The notes beneath the pieces are model-generated. The model was not told the origin of the DNA. It worked only from the letters and a program-made list of their open reading frames with translations, and ran no database searches. Positions 1 to 13,674 of a stretch of 64,000 bases of DNA are shown one piece after another. Origin of the DNA: Amphiscolops sp. MND2022 (Eukaryota). The position numbers and the translations under genes are program-made. The stretch covers positions 51,958,001 through 52,022,000 of the forward strand of contig OZ076409.1 of the NCBI GenBank assembly GCA_964187785.1. Direction: 5' to 3'. Numbering within the stretch: the stretch's first letter is position 1; each line of letters opens with the position of its first letter.

Positions 1-281
1 GCAGAGTTCAAGCCCAAATAAATTTTCTTCGCTTCATTCCCCGCTTTGTAACTACTTGGCATATTAGAAGGGTTTGACCAATTCGAACTTCACGTAACTT
101 GTGACCGAAAACGCAGAAGACGTCCGAAATAGCGCCATTTACTGTTTTCCCGACACAACTAGAAACTACAACAGTTCTGTTGAACTTCTCAAAGTTATGA
201 TGAATCAAATTATTCAAAACTAAATATAGAACCAATTTTGTTCGTTGATGTATGACTCCTTGATTATCCTTCATGCTGAAG

Positions 282-2007
282 CTCTGTGTAACTATCCCTA
301 GCTTACAAAGAGAAGACAAATTCGTCTGTGATATTGCTAGACAAGTTTGTCAATGAGTAAATTAAATAGCAGTCAGAAATCAGAAAAAAGAACGCTCAAC
401 AGAAATCATTTGTCTGGAACTTCAACTCAATATCAATCCTCAATGTCTCTTCAACTTCAAATATTGCAATCATCCTTAACATGGCGCATTCGAAGAGTTT
501 GCGAAAAGACAGAAAAAGTACAGGACACAAGCTACAGAAGCGCCGAAAGCCGCAATGAATCGCGAATCAGAGTATGCTGTAAAAAGAATAAACCCCTATA
601 GTGATTTAGATGCCAAGAATCCATTTCCATAATGGATCAAGTAGAGAACAGCCAGGCAACAAACAACTGTTGGAAATGTTGCAAAATGAGGAGACAGATG
701 GAGAAGTGCTGCAACAAGAAGTTCCCATTGCAGCGTGAGAAATGGTGCAACGACTGAAAAACAAAGATAGAGCACGAATACTGCGAAAGAATAAAGATCC
801 TTCATGACGATTCTGAAGAAGAAGTGTCTGAAATGGACGAAGAGCAAATAGCCTAGCGAGTGGAAAGAAAAGGAAGCAAACATTTTCACATAAAAAGTGT
901 GACGTGAGAAAATTACTTCAAAGAAACTATCGACACGGGATTTCCAGCGTCCATTTTCATAAAGGACGAAAGGCAAAAGATTGTTCGACAGAGAAATGTA
1001 ATTCCTAGATGATTGACGACGAACAGCATCTGGATTGCAGAAAAGGTTAAAGTTATTGGATACCAATTTCCAATTTGTCCGATTAAAAGGAACATGTGTG
1101 ACAGTGGCAGAAGCAATAGGATCAGAACCGCAAAACTCGCGCGCAAAACTCTGTGTAACTATCCCTGGCTTACAAAGAGAAGACAAGTTCGTCTGTGATA
1201 TTGCTAGACAAGTTTGTCAATGAGTAAATTAAATAGCAGTCAGAAATCAGAAAAAAGAACGCTCAACAGAAATCATTTGTCTGGAACTTCAACTCAATAT
1301 CAATCCTCAATGTCTCTTCAACTTCAAATATTGCAAGCATCCTTAACATGGCGCATTCGAAGAGTTTGCGAAAAGACAGAAAAAGTACAGGACACAAGCT
1401 ACAGATGCGCCGAAAGCCGCAATGAATCGCGAATCAGAGTATGCTGTAAAAAGAATAAACCCCTATGATGATTTAGATGCCAAGAATCCATTTCCATAAT
1501 GGATCAAGTAGAGAACAGCCAGGCAACAAACAACTGTTGGAAATGTTGCAAAATGAGGAGACAGATGGAGAAGTGCTGCAACAAGAAGTTCCCATTGCAG
1601 CGTGAGCAATGGTGCAACGACTGAAAAACAAAGATAGAGCACGAATACTGCGAAAGAATAAAGATCCTTCATGACGATTCTGAAAAAGAAGTGTCGGAAA
1701 TGGACGAAGAGCAATTAGCCTAGCGAGTGGAAGGAAAAGGAAGCAAACATTTTCACATAAAAAGTGTGACGTGAGAAAATTACTTCAAAGCAACTATCGA
1801 CTCGGGATTTCCAGCGTCCATTTTCATAAAGCACGAATTGCAAAAGATTGTTCGACAGAGAAATGTAATTCCTAGATGATTGACGACGAACAGCATCTGG
1901 ATTGCAGAAAAGGTTAAAGTTATTGGATACCAATTTCCAATTTGTCCGATTAAAAGGAACATGTGTGACAGTGGCAGAAGCAATAGGATCAGAAGCGCAA
2001 AACTCTG
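282..2007. repeat. Tandem duplication, ~867-bp unit, 2 copies (282-1148 and 1149-~2007)
   Basis: CTCTGTGTAACTATCCCT at 282 and 1149; near-identical ORFs 347..601 and 1214..1468; CGCAAAACTC repeated at the junction. Confidence 0.95.
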
Positions 2008-2377
2008 GTAAGTCGATAGTGGGCCATGATTGGATAATTGCTCTCCACTACCAAATTTTTCAGTAAATAAACAGTTATGAGTGTGAAGAAAGCATCCAAA
2101 TTGTTAAATGCGATGAATAAAAAAACAATGTAAGTACCGAAGAAAAGCTCTGTCACTTGGTTCAGCAATAAAACGGGGCTTTTCCGAATTCGTTCAAGTG
2201 AATAGGCCGTGTGAATAGAGACGAAAAAAAACATGAAGGCAAAGATCACACAAAAAAGAAGTCGAAGGGTCCCAATTCAATGGCAAATTGAAGTTTACAA
2301 AAATTTTGGTAAGCTATCAAAAAATAGCCATATGCAATGTAAATAAAACGAAGATCATGGGTTTTTTGAACCATCAG

Positions 2378-3281
2378 CAGGGCTGTACAAAATGCTGTAT
2401 ACAGCACAATTTGCGGTAAAACAAATACAACTTTCAAAACGCTGTATACCGCGCGGTATGCAGCAATTATAAAAACATTGTTAAAAACTAAATCACTTCG
2501 AAAAATTTTAACTTTCATCATCAATTTCTACCAAATCATCAATATTAACACTACTCCAATTTTAAATTTCTTTTTCGAGTTCAATGGGTTTTTTGTCCTT
2601 TTGCGACACTTTCAGAATAATTTCAAAGTTATACCGTATGGAAAGTGTCTCGTCTAATTTTTCAACGCCCAAACTTGCCCGTAATCGGCTGTGAACTAGC
2701 TTATGACGTGGAAAAGCTCGTTCAACGCTAGCTTCAGAAACCGGAAGATTCTTGATTAAATTTCTTCTGTCAAAACCACTAAAATTGAATCCCCATCGAA
2801 TGATAGGGTCCTCGACAATATCAAACGGCAATACGTTTTTTGATGAACAAATTGTAATAACAACTCTGTCTAACTTTGGGAGTGGGGGTAAATCATGTTT
2901 GTTTTCTGTGTAAATGTCAGAGAAATTTTTGGTAGTTTTGACTGTTTACTGTCTGTTTGGAACAATTCAGGGTGTTGTTTAAGCATATGTGTTCGTAATG
3001 ATGTTCCATGGGTATGCAAGTTTTTAAATTTGATCCGAACTGAGCAAGTGCGACATTTTTTGAAGTCATTTTCAGTTGTAAAGTCTTTTAGTTAAGCAGA
3101 CATAAAAGCGAATTGCCTGTAAAAGACATAAAATGCAAGAAACTTTTCAATGTTAAATAGTAAAATGCGAATGTAAACAATAAAATGAGAATGAGTTGTT
3201 TTACAGCAAGTTTTTGTTTACACAGCAAACAGCAGCTTGCGGTTTACCGCGCTGTATACAGCAATGCTATTGACAGCCCTG
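2378..3281 (-). mobile_element. Non-autonomous hAT DNA transposon (904-bp deletion derivative)
   Basis: Imperfect TIRs CAGGGCTGTACAAAATGCTGTATACAGC / GCTGTATACAGCAATGCTATTGACAGCCCTG; perfect 8-bp TSD ACCATCAG at 2370-2377 and 3282-3289. Confidence 0.93.
2562..2831 (-). pseudogene. hAT transposase C-terminal dimerisation-domain fragment
   Basis: LPVSEASVERAFPRHKLVHSRLRASLGVEKL matches the hAT xPxSxAxxERxFS motif. Confidence 0.85.
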
Positions 3282-3289
3282 ACCATCAG

Positions 3290-4500
3290 TGATAACGGTG
3301 AAAAAAGCAAATCCGTCAAAATGGCGTTGGATACACGACCACTGAATGAGTGAAATTTTTTGAAATGACTGCTGAAAAACTAAACCAAAAAAGGAGGCCT
3401 TGTATTTGTCGGGTATTATGATATACGCACACGGACTCGTCCCAGTACATGAATTACCAAAAAGACAATGTAATTTCCAAATTGTTGGGCCAAAATCCAC
3501 AGGAACTTACCGTTTCACTACGGGACACTCTAGTTTTACACTGATGTCTACGGACTTCGAAAAGAAAAGTTGAATGTCACCGGTGAATATACGTAGTGTA
3601 TTTGTGTGTGCAACAGACAACATTTTAGTTTTGGAAGAAAAAACAAGCAAAAACATTTGAACAAAGTGAAGGTCATGAGAAATACTGAATGAAATTAATT
3701 GGAAATTAAACACGGGAAAATGCATTTTTGCGCAAGATTGTATTGAATTGTTGGGATACAGTATAACCAGAACTGGCGTATCCTGTGATGAATTGCTACC
3801 AACCAACTCAAATTAACTGCTCTCATTTCTAGGAGTGATGATTCATTTTATTAAATTCATGGGTTCGAACAGAGTGATTGATGAACTTATTCGCGAGAAT
3901 AAACACATTTGGCCAACCAAGGACCAGTCGGATTTGTCAGAAAATTTTTTTACGAACTAAGAACAAGTAAGAAAAAGGATGGTAGACCGCCGTTCAAGAA
4001 ACCGATGGGAAGAAAACCAAATTGAGTGAAAACCAGCGTAGTGAAAAATTCTTGCATTCTTCAGTCAGGAAAAATATAAAATGTGTTTTACGCAAACGAG
4101 TGAGAAAAACTCCGGAAGCAAAGGGACAAACCGAAGTCGTGGCCTACGACTTTACGATCTCGTTCCAAATTGCGGAAACAGGAAAAAGTAACTATTCCTT
4201 TTGATTGACCATTCTTCTGGATGACCAGCCGCAAAACGCTAACATCGTCCAACTACAAAAAATTTATTCAATTTCTAAAAAAGTTCTTTGCGTTCTACGG
4301 AGGGAGAGCCGAGAAGATAAGATCGGCCCCATGCACGGTTTTGGCGAGCGAAGAGTTTTTCCAATTTCGTCACCAATATTGCATTGTAGATTGTAGGTTG
4401 GTACGATTTCGTACCAGTTAAATTCTGCAAACTTCTAAAGGCACCAGCTGACCGTATCGTGAAGAAAACTCTTGAATAAGATTTTCAGACGATTTTACAT
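3290..4500 (+). mobile_element. Heavily decayed Ty3/Gypsy pol remnant; probably extends left through the tandem duplication and is interrupted by the hAT element
   Basis: Frame near 3697-3780 reads NWKLNTGKCIFAQDCIELLGYSITRTGV, resembling the Gypsy RT C-terminal LxLNxxKCxFxxxxIxxLGY motif; many stops; boundaries approximate. Confidence 0.55.
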
Positions 4501-6224
4501 AGCATTGCACGCCATTTTACGGAATATTGACAAGATGTCTCCGAAATCATGAAAAGGGACCAAAAAATCTGAAAAAAAAATTGAGCGTAGATTTTCCGTT
4601 TTGTTTTTCCACTTTTTGTGTCTTGCTCTTTTATCCCACTGGTATCAAGATTGGGTCAAAGTGACCCTAGCATGTGTTGAAACATGCTGAAAGGCAATCA
4701 GAGACAAGAGGCGTGCAAAGTTTTGGCGCAAAGTCGGGAGCCAGTGCCAGTGCTGCTAGCGGGCCCCCAGCCCAGCAGTTTAAAAATCAACTTGAAAGCC
4801 CTGATTGTCTTTTTTCGAACGCGCCATGAATCGTTTGTCGGACTTGAATAGTTTAGCGGTATTGCGGTTTAAAGTTTAAACACCAGTTTTTTGGATGGAT
4901 CCGGAAATGTCCTGTTCCATTTAGGGTTAAAGTCGTTCAGAGAAAAACAAGGTATAGAGATATGCCTATAAATCCGAATCTTTCACCATAATACCAAAAA
5001 CATAAATTTGGTGAATGTGCTATTTTGATTTAGTGAATCATGCTTTCTTTCTGCTGGGGGAATTTCCTAAAGTTTTCCGGTAGCTAGATATAAATATCGC
5101 AAACAAAAATAAATAGTTTGTTGGACAATGTTGGTCGATATAAAATCATATTTGAAAATGTGCGGCATTATTCAAATGTTCGTTATAAAACCGGGTCGCT
5201 TCAGGCTCAGTCGTTATAGACGCACTCCAGTGTGTTTGAAAGTTCGAAAACGAAGGCTTCCCACGGCTGAAAGAAACTCATGAATTCGATTAGAGCGTTC
5301 CATCATACTCATGTATAGCAACTGTTGCTCATTCAATTGTAGCTGTAGGTGAACCCAAAGCAAAACACTATAAGGCTCATGATCTGGTTGAAATGTATGG
5401 TTTATGTTTACATCTCTACTCGAACAACAATGAGTTGGCAAATACCATTGCCAAGATAATAAACTCATTGGCAACGTTGATGTCACTTCACCATACAATA
5501 AATTCATTCCAGTTACGTAAGGCCTTCATACCATGGCAAGCCTTCATACCATGGCAACTTATTACAGATTCACGTTTTTGTCTGAATTCGAATTAATCCC
5601 GTGGTATGCATGCCTGAACCATAATTACGCATGAGACAAACTTAGTTTACAAAAGAGTAGCTTTTGTCTGACTTTTTTACAAAACAATAACAAGTTTTGA
5701 ATGTTTTTAAAGCAATCTGTAAACTGAAGATAGTCAAGTGTAGTTATGAAATCATTCTTCCAGGTTCAACTTTCAAATTAAATTCTCAACACAACAATAT
5801 TTTTGGTATTTCAAATATTGTTATTCCGAAGTTTTTCTCAATTTTCCCACCCAAGCGCACACGTTACTTTTGAAAATTAGAAGATCACATGATTAGCATG
5901 TAGAACTTGGGAATATTAAAAACTTCGAAATACTTCAGAAATTTTATTTGAATTATTTCTTTTATGACTGGCGCACTTCAAGTAATCCATTCCTAATTGG
6001 AATTGAGTTTGAATTAAGTCCGGCAAGGGGCAGGAAAAAATCGAATAGAAACTTCTTCGAAATTCATTTAAGTTCAATCATCTCGAGTAATCTTGCATGT
6101 CAAGATTGATAAAACTATTGAATGACTATTGCGTTGGTTTAGATAAATATCTGAATAGATAAATCTGAATGATTATTGTTCTCAGAGGCATACGGAATAA
6201 ATTTTGTTGGATCGCGGTGACCTA

Positions 6225-6559
6225 ATGGCCCTGCACGTGACAATTTCCATACCAGTCAAATGGGCAATTCTTCCAGTAGCTGTCTTCATCTTGGAAATTA
6301 TAGGGCTCCGATTCATAGGGGTACTGTACGCAGTTACGTTTTTCTCTGTCTGGATTATAAAGAATGGTGTCTCCTTTCTCAAAGTTGTTGGGATCAAGAA
6401 ATTGTTTTCTGGCGCATCAGAGGGCACAAAAAACACGAGGAACTTATCTTTCATAGATCGCATGTCAGACATGGAAAAGGAACTGCTGAAGAAACAGATT
6501 GCGCAACTGGAAGGACTTATAATCAGGGATTTTATTGAATCTTGGTCTGTTGAAATCAG
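6225..6559 (+). CDS. SNX-PXA family (SNX19-like) sorting nexin, exon: N-terminal TM segments and PXA start
   Basis: ATG 6225; hydrophobic WAILPVAVFILEIIGLRFIGVLYAVTFFSVWII; PXA-type IIRDFIESW; donor AG|GTACGA, phase 2, matches next exon. Confidence 0.75.
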
Positions 6560-6677
6560 GTACGATTTAAGTGTTTTCAGAAAGCGCTTCTTGTCTTCAA
6601 CTGTCTTTTTGTCGGAAAATCTGCGGTAAAAAATTCTTGATTGAAATGAGATTTGATCATTTCTTACTAGAGTTTTT

Positions 6678-6923
6678 GACTGGAAGTGAAAAAATTCTTG
6701 AATAAAAACGGATTTAATCATTTATTACTAGAGCTATTAGGTGACGCAATTTCATTTGATGGGTTTTGGACGACGATTGGGATGGGACGTTCCTCGACAA
6801 TGGGATTTTCGACGATTCAATCAATCCTCGTCACAAACACATCAAATGAAATTGCGTCGCTAATAGCTCTAGTAATAAATGAATAAATCCGTTTTCATTC
6901 AAAAAGTTTTTTCGCTTCCAGTC
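6678..6923. repeat. Foldback inverted repeat, ~100-bp arms (MITE-like)
   Basis: 6678-6779 is an imperfect reverse complement of 6822-6923 (e.g. CATTTATTACTAGAGCTATTAG / CTAATAGCTCTAGTAATAAATG). Confidence 0.85.
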
Positions 6924-7930
6924 GATTACTCGAAACTGACTATCATTAGATTTAACATATCTTCATGAAATCAGTTAGAAAATGAGAAAAATGAGTTTTT
7001 CTTGGTATTGAAAAAACACTATAGTCAAGCCCGTTATATCCTATCACGTTATTTACCGTAACCGGTTCAACTGAATATGACAGCAGACTTTCCCTGCCGA
7101 TCTAATTAAAGGGTAACTAGAAACTTTTCAATCGGACTTGGGGTAAGAAAAACAGTGTCCGGATATTACGATCAAGGGCATTACACCCAAAGACATTACG
7201 TCAAAGGCGGACATCACGCTCAAAAATGAGACATACAACACACTTTCAAATTATTGGACGTAATATCCGCTTTGGGCGTAAAGCATAGCTTGTTGCATAT
7301 ATAGCTCGAGCTACATAGCTCAATGTTTTCGGAATTTTGACTTTAAAGGTCTGTCTCAAAATATCTGAAAATCGTTCAGAAAATATTGTCTTTGAAGAAC
7401 TGCCACTTCGACTGAGTATTCATATTCCTAACAGGAAATGCGAGCGTTACTTTGAAACTCAATTTTTGAAGTTTTCAACTTTTTTTAGTTTTGTCAAATT
7501 TCGTGAAATCGGAAATAGCACAAGCTTGACTGAAAGACGAAACATACTTTTTGGTTTAGATAAGTTCAATATTTCGAGCGCAAATAACGAGAATTGTGAG
7601 AGGGGGTACAAAACTTATTGAATTTGCAGTATGAATGAAAAAATCGTGAATAAAAACGGAAGCAGAATACTGGTTTCGGGTTAAGCCGGTAAACTTAAAA
7701 AAAACTGTGTTTTCAGTTGTCTGGTTCGTTGCTCCTATACTACGGGTATGTGACCGTGACGATTCACCTTTCTATCATTTAGGAAGAATATGATAGGGAA
7801 TGTTCTCGCTCTGAGCGCTGAATAAATAATTCAAACCGTCTATTCAAAGATAAATTTCAAAGAGCATTCTTGCTCGATATCATGACATGACCTAAACGTT
7901 TCACTGAATACATGTTGTATATTATTTCAG

Positions 7931-8096
7931 TCCTGACTACCATCAGATTGGAAGCGAAATTCAAAAGCTTGTTTCGGAAATGCCGGCAAATTACGAACGG
8001 ATTTTAGCGAAGCTTCAACTGGTTGACGTGATCGAGATTGTCCTTGAGATCACCACCCATCATGTATACACTTTCCGAGCCATTTTTGAACAACAG
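7931..8096 (+). CDS. SNX19-like exon (PXA domain)
   Basis: TTTCAG acceptor, CAG|GTAAGT donor; joins as ESWSVEISPDYHQIGSEIQKLV...LAKLQLVDVIEIVLEITTHHVYTFR. Confidence 0.8.
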
Positions 8097-8632
8097 GTAA
8101 GTTTAAATCAATTTGTTTTGTTAATTCATTTAACATGTGACGTTGTGCAGTTAGGGGCTATACCACACAGGACTAAAAATTTGAGTACGGCTCATTATGG
8201 CTGAACCAATTCTGAGATTTGACCGAAAAACTGAATCCGAAAAAAGAGTTTTATTGATTTGATCCAGAGGAACTACGGAATCTTTTGAGTTGCTATCAGA
8301 TGATCACTAGATTAGTTAGTTTTTGGTCTGCTTCAAACCTTTTTCTTTGATAATTGAACATGCAAAAGATACTTTAGACCATTAGAAATCAAAACGTTTC
8401 TGTCAATTTTTCGTTAAAACGTAAACTTTTCCAGAAGCCAAAGAAAACTTAGTCAAATAACTTTTCTATGCTTTTCTTGAGAAGTACATTGAACAGTCGC
8501 GTTTCCTGGCAAGATCTTTCAAGCTACATATTTTTTGCAAGGATCTTGCAAGATTCTTGCACAGATTGGCATTTGATGCCAACGTGAGGTGAGATCCTAC
8601 AACGTTTTCAAATTAGCTTCGACTATATCCTA

Positions 8633-9154
8633 TGTTCCACACGGATTCGTCCCCATTTGTTGTAAATGAATATTGACAGCACCGCATGTGGACTCAGAGC
8701 GGAGTGAGTCAAATCTACGGGATGTTTGAACCCCTGCACTACGCGGCCAAAGAGGACAAGAAGGTCACCCAGTTGCACGTCGAAGACTGGCTCAACCTTC
8801 TCTTCACAGAAGCCGCAATAGGCAACCCGGAATTGCAGTCTTTTATTGATTCCGTTAGTCCGCAATGAGTCTGTTCTATTCTGCTAAACTAAGTACTAAG
8901 AGAAAAGAATAATGTTAAAATGATATCTCTAGTTTTACCAAATGTATTGCACTCTAGCACAAAGTATAAATGAGACATTCCAATTAAGAGTATTTTGAGT
9001 TTGTTTGTAAACAACTCCTGGCATGTAGACAGTTTGTACACCGAAGCTCGGTTGAGGTTAAGGAACCGGAATGAACCGAATATAACAGTTCACCATCTAT
9101 TCTTTTCTCGCGCAACTTCTTCAAATTCGGCTTGAGGGTCCCGCTGGTGTGACA
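8633..9154 (-). repeat. Probable 3' LTR of the decayed Gypsy element to its right
   Basis: Minus-strand TGTCACACC...CCGTGTGGAACA with imperfect inverted termini, just downstream of pol; no partner LTR available to confirm. Confidence 0.4.
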
Positions 9155-12100
9155 TCATCCTAGGCAGTTCGAGGGTTTTTGGATTACCTCCAGTTGGGGT
9201 GTTCCCTTGTGCATATTCCACAGAATACTTGTAATATACATATAATACTCGTTAAACATTTTATATTTTTCACCCCCCGAAGTTTCCAGGATCAGGTATG
9301 CCACCGTATTTATTCGATTTTTCGCTATTTCGGTTAGATCCTCTTATTTGTCCTTCTAATTTCTCACCCAACATCTCGCCGTCCATGTGTATTTGTAGTG
9401 CGTCTTCGTCCAGCTTGGGCCGAATTGGCACATATCGTCCGTCTTTTTCAGTGTCATAAACTTTTAGCGTTCCAGTTTCTTCCGGCATCTCTTTATCGTC
9501 GTCATCATTGTCATCATCATCGTCTGTAACGGTATCTACCCGCTTTTTGTTCTGGACAATTTTCAATTGTCCATTTTGGATGTCCCGAAGGATTCCATCC
9601 CACAGGCCGTACTTTCCGTCCAGTCCGCCTAGGCAATGCCGATTTTTCGGATAGATTTCGCCGTTTTCTACTCGGTTTTCTACCGTGGTGTAGTCCGAAT
9701 GGTGTTAATTTCAGTCCCGTATGTAGTGTAAATCTCATTAATCGTGAAGCTCGGTTCACGCTTTCGGTTAAACTTACACCGTCTTCCTGGTGTATTGATC
9801 TTTCTACCGCTCCGTTTCCCGTATGCGTTAGGCGTGTGAAATGTTCTATTTTGATATTTCTTTCGGTTTTTGCTAAATTCTCGGTACTCTTTGAAAACAA
9901 ATGCTCCCCCTTCATCAGATTCAATTTTTTTGGGTATTCCGTACAAATTGAAATTGCTTGATAAAAAATCTATGACCTCTTTAGTTTCCGCTGTTTTGCA
10001 AATTTTAACGGTCAGCCATTTGCTAAAAATTTCTACCGCAATCAAAATTTGTACTTCTCCGTGTAAATTATTTTGTGTACTTTCCCGGCAAAATCGATAT
10101 GTATTTCTTGGCCGGGTTAGGTTAATTTTTCTAGCTCTCCGTAGTGTTTATTGGTAATTGGTATTAGAGGTTTTTACCTGATGCGAAGCAGGCTGTACTG
10201 TCTTTCACTTTGTTTTCAATATCCTGTTTCATCTCAGGCCAACAGATTATCTTTGCCTTCGATGTCATCTTCGATATGACGGAATGAGAGTGACGGAAAT
10301 GAAAGATGTCGAGAAGCCGTCGTCTTAATTCCACTGGTATAACAATTTGATCATCGATGAAGACCAACACCATCTAACTGACCGCTTGTCGAATGACGGT
10401 AGCGATCCGGAATTGTTTCCCGGTCCTCGCTTCGCAGGCACTTCCAGACACGGGTTAGCTGCGGATCAATGGCGGTTTTAAAGATGAGTTTCTTGAGATC
10501 CATCATAAACTAAAAATCGGCCTTTTTAATGTGGTCTTCCGTGATTTTCTTGTTGCTTGGCAATTTTTCCACAATCTGATTTATTTGGATATCACGTGCC
10601 TCTTTCCCTTCCGTGATTTACTGAAGTCTACTATTGACAAGTTGTCGCTCTGCAATATCACGGTATCTTCTTCGGTCTCGGCTAATTCTTGTACCAATTC
10701 GCCTTCCTTCCGTACTTCTTCCTTCATCATCTTCCTCTTCTTCAACTTCTTCTTCTTCTACTATTGGCTGATATTCACCGCCGAATCGGTTTGCTCTCCT
10801 CGTAATTTCCGCATCAATTTCGGCTATTTTGTCTCTGTTCCTTTGGTTCGGACGAGACGAACGAATACTGTCCGTTGTGTGTAGTCATATTGGCGTGGTA
10901 AAGTTCCAGACTGGGATAATTTAATTCTCTGGTATATCAGTCTGCGTGTCTCCGGGATGTTTTTCCGTCTGCGGATAGTCTGCATGATTGTGCGTGTGGC
11001 GCCACAATGATACAAGTTTTCGCGATCCATTTTGGTAGTTTCCGTATTTAATTTTGAAAATCTTTGAAACTGTTTGAGTTTCGTAATATCTTTCGATATG
11101 CAACTTGAATTTGGCGCGCTAATTTGGGACTGCCCGGGTGTAACTGTAGTGTTTTGTTGAATTTGTTTCACGCTGTATTTGCTCTCGAATGTTCTATTCG
11201 TGTGTGATTGGTTTACGCTTTTCTTATTTTGTTCTTCGTATGTACCATTCTTTGTTTCGGCTTTTGTTTTGTCGCAATTTTGATTGGTCGGCGAATAATG
11301 GTCCGTATTTTATGTTCAATTCAGCTTGTTCCGTAAGTATGTTAATTACGTATTCCTCATCGTAATTTTCATCCGGCGTGGCTCCGCTTACCGGATTTCT
11401 GCTGAGATAATCGGTGAAGTTCAAACTGCTGCCTGCAGTGTTTTGTATTTATATGTCAAAATGGGTCAGGCAATCTAACCATCTTTGTAATCTTGCGCTA
11501 TACTGTTTATTACTCCGGTTTCTTTACTTTTGATCAATGTTTCTAATGCTTGGTGATCAGTTCAACGGAATTTCTCGAGTCCCCATACAGCTGCTACTAT
11601 TTCCAATTCGCCGATTGAGTATTTCGCTTTAGTGTCATTCAAGTATCTGCTACCGTATGCTATCGCCTTTGTATTCCTGTCATCTTGTTTTTGGCCATAA
11701 TATTTTCCCCAGTCCGGCTGTGCTAGCATCCGTTGTCACTATGGTATCTTTCTCTTTTGCCTAAAGTGCTATTCACGGGCTTTTGGGTAACATTTGTTTT
11801 TCCGAATTCTTTTTGTTGTTCCTTTCCATATCCATTGTTCATTTTTTTCAATAATTGTCTCAATCAGTTTCTTTGCTTCGAAAGTTTTGGTAAAACTTTT
11901 ACCATATACTGTATTGCCCTGGGAAAAGAACTATATATTTTTTGTACTTTCTGGTGGCTTTAACTTCAGGATGGCTTCCACTTTTGTTTCGTTGGGATTA
12001 ATGCGGTTTTTGTCGATCTCGTGTCCCAGCTATTCTGTGCGGTTCGTAAAAAACTCTGACTTCTTGCTTGCTAAGTAGCCGGCTTTTTCTAATTTGTTCA

Positions 12101-13670
12101 GAACGTCAAATAGTTTCTTCTCGTGGTCTTGTTTGTTTCCTCGTGTTACTACAATTATGTCGTCTAGCCACGCCCATGTGCAGTATCCGAGCGTTCGGTC
12201 AATTTTTGCTTGAAATATAGTAGGTATATCGCCAAGTCTGAGAAAACATTTTTTCAATCAATATTGTCCGCAATTATTCGCCGGTTAGTGCAAATACGCA
12301 TTGACGACTTAGTTCTCCGGATATTTCCCTTTGCCCGTATGCGTAGTCCAGATTTGTTGTTGAGATAAATACTTGTACTGTCCGGTCGCGGGTAATTTTT
12401 ACTGAGATTTGGTTCAAAAGCTCTTCCACATTTGGCATGAGTGGTCTCATCTTATTGCAGCGGTCATTCAATTTCCGTGAGTCCAGTACTATCTTCATCA
12501 ATTTGTCGTTGTTTACAGTTATGGCTAGCGGCGATTTAAAGCAGTCTTCGTCCACGTCGTTTATCTTTTCCAAGTGTCCGAACTTTGTTAAATTTTCTAG
12601 TTCACAGCCTACATCTTCTTGCAGGTGTAGCGGTACCGGTCTCGTTTTTTGTTTTACCGGATAGTGTCCTGGTCTCAGTTGGATGTTCATCTCGGTTTTT
12701 TTATCGTTTCGTTATTTTCAAACAAACGCGGAAATTTGTTGAATACCTTCTCGCGTTCTGATTGGTTGTTCTCGGTCAATTGTATTCCACGGATTTTCAA
12801 TTTGAATTTTTTCATCGTATCCTTTCCTAGAAATGGTTTCATTTCCGTTCATTCGGTTATCAAAATCCCCATTATTTGTTTGTTGTTTTCGTACTCTACA
12901 TTTACCGGAATTTTTCCCCGGAACTTCACTTCGTTTTTGATCACACTTTGATATCGGTTTGTTATTTTCTGTCTTCCGGCGGACTTCATGATTCTTTTGT
13001 TTGGTGGCATTCTTGATTTTGGTGATTTGGTGTCTAATATGAATAATTCTTTCAATACTCCGTTGATCTTTGTCGTTGCAGTGAAGTGTTTGTTTGTTTT
13101 GTCAATTTGCTTTATTTCTTTTATGTGGTGAACGCTTTCGTCCGACTCCCGTGATAGTTCGTCCGGTTCGTTTATTTCGTTTTCGGTTAGTTTTTTACGG
13201 TTCGGCTGTTGTTGGGTTTCTGTCTGCATGCTTTCGCATAGTGTCCCTTCTAGCCGTATTTATTACAATTTTCGTCTAATGCGAGACATTGGTTCATTGG
13301 TGTCCAGTTTGAAGCACTGCAGAATCTGCATGGTCTGTTTTCGAAGTTTTTATTTTTCGGTCTTGTTCCGAATCATTCAATTCTATGGATTGTTTCGTCC
13401 TTTACTATGTGTTTTTCTTTTGTTGGTATCAATGCTTCCGGTCTTGTGTTCTTTTGAGTTTTCTGCTCGTATGTAATTTGTTTGATCAATTCGAAAATCT
13501 TTTTTTGTTTTAGTTTTGTCACCTTTTATAATCTTGTCTCGTACTTTTTTATCGGTGATTGCGGTCATATATTTTGATATCAACAACGCTTCAGCAGAAA
13601 TTGTGTTTTAGTTACATTCTTTTTCTACTTCTATTAACGTCTCCAAAACTCTTCTGGCGTTTCCAACTTC
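8633..13670 (-). mobile_element. Decayed Ty3/Gypsy LTR retrotransposon, 5' truncated
   Basis: Fragments in Gypsy order: gag (13383-13586), protease LFILDTKSP (12849-13229), RT RPVPLHL..LDYAYGQ and WLDDIIV (12030-12690), RNase H tail DYLSRNP (11224-11424), integrase (9517-10373, NGAVERSI); multiple frameshifts. Confidence 0.9.
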
Positions 13671-13674
13671 TCTA

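Noticed and set aside
596..1186. 196-aa hydrophobic membrane-protein ORF
   Set aside because: Reverse complement of A-rich decayed TE sequence; broken in the second tandem copy
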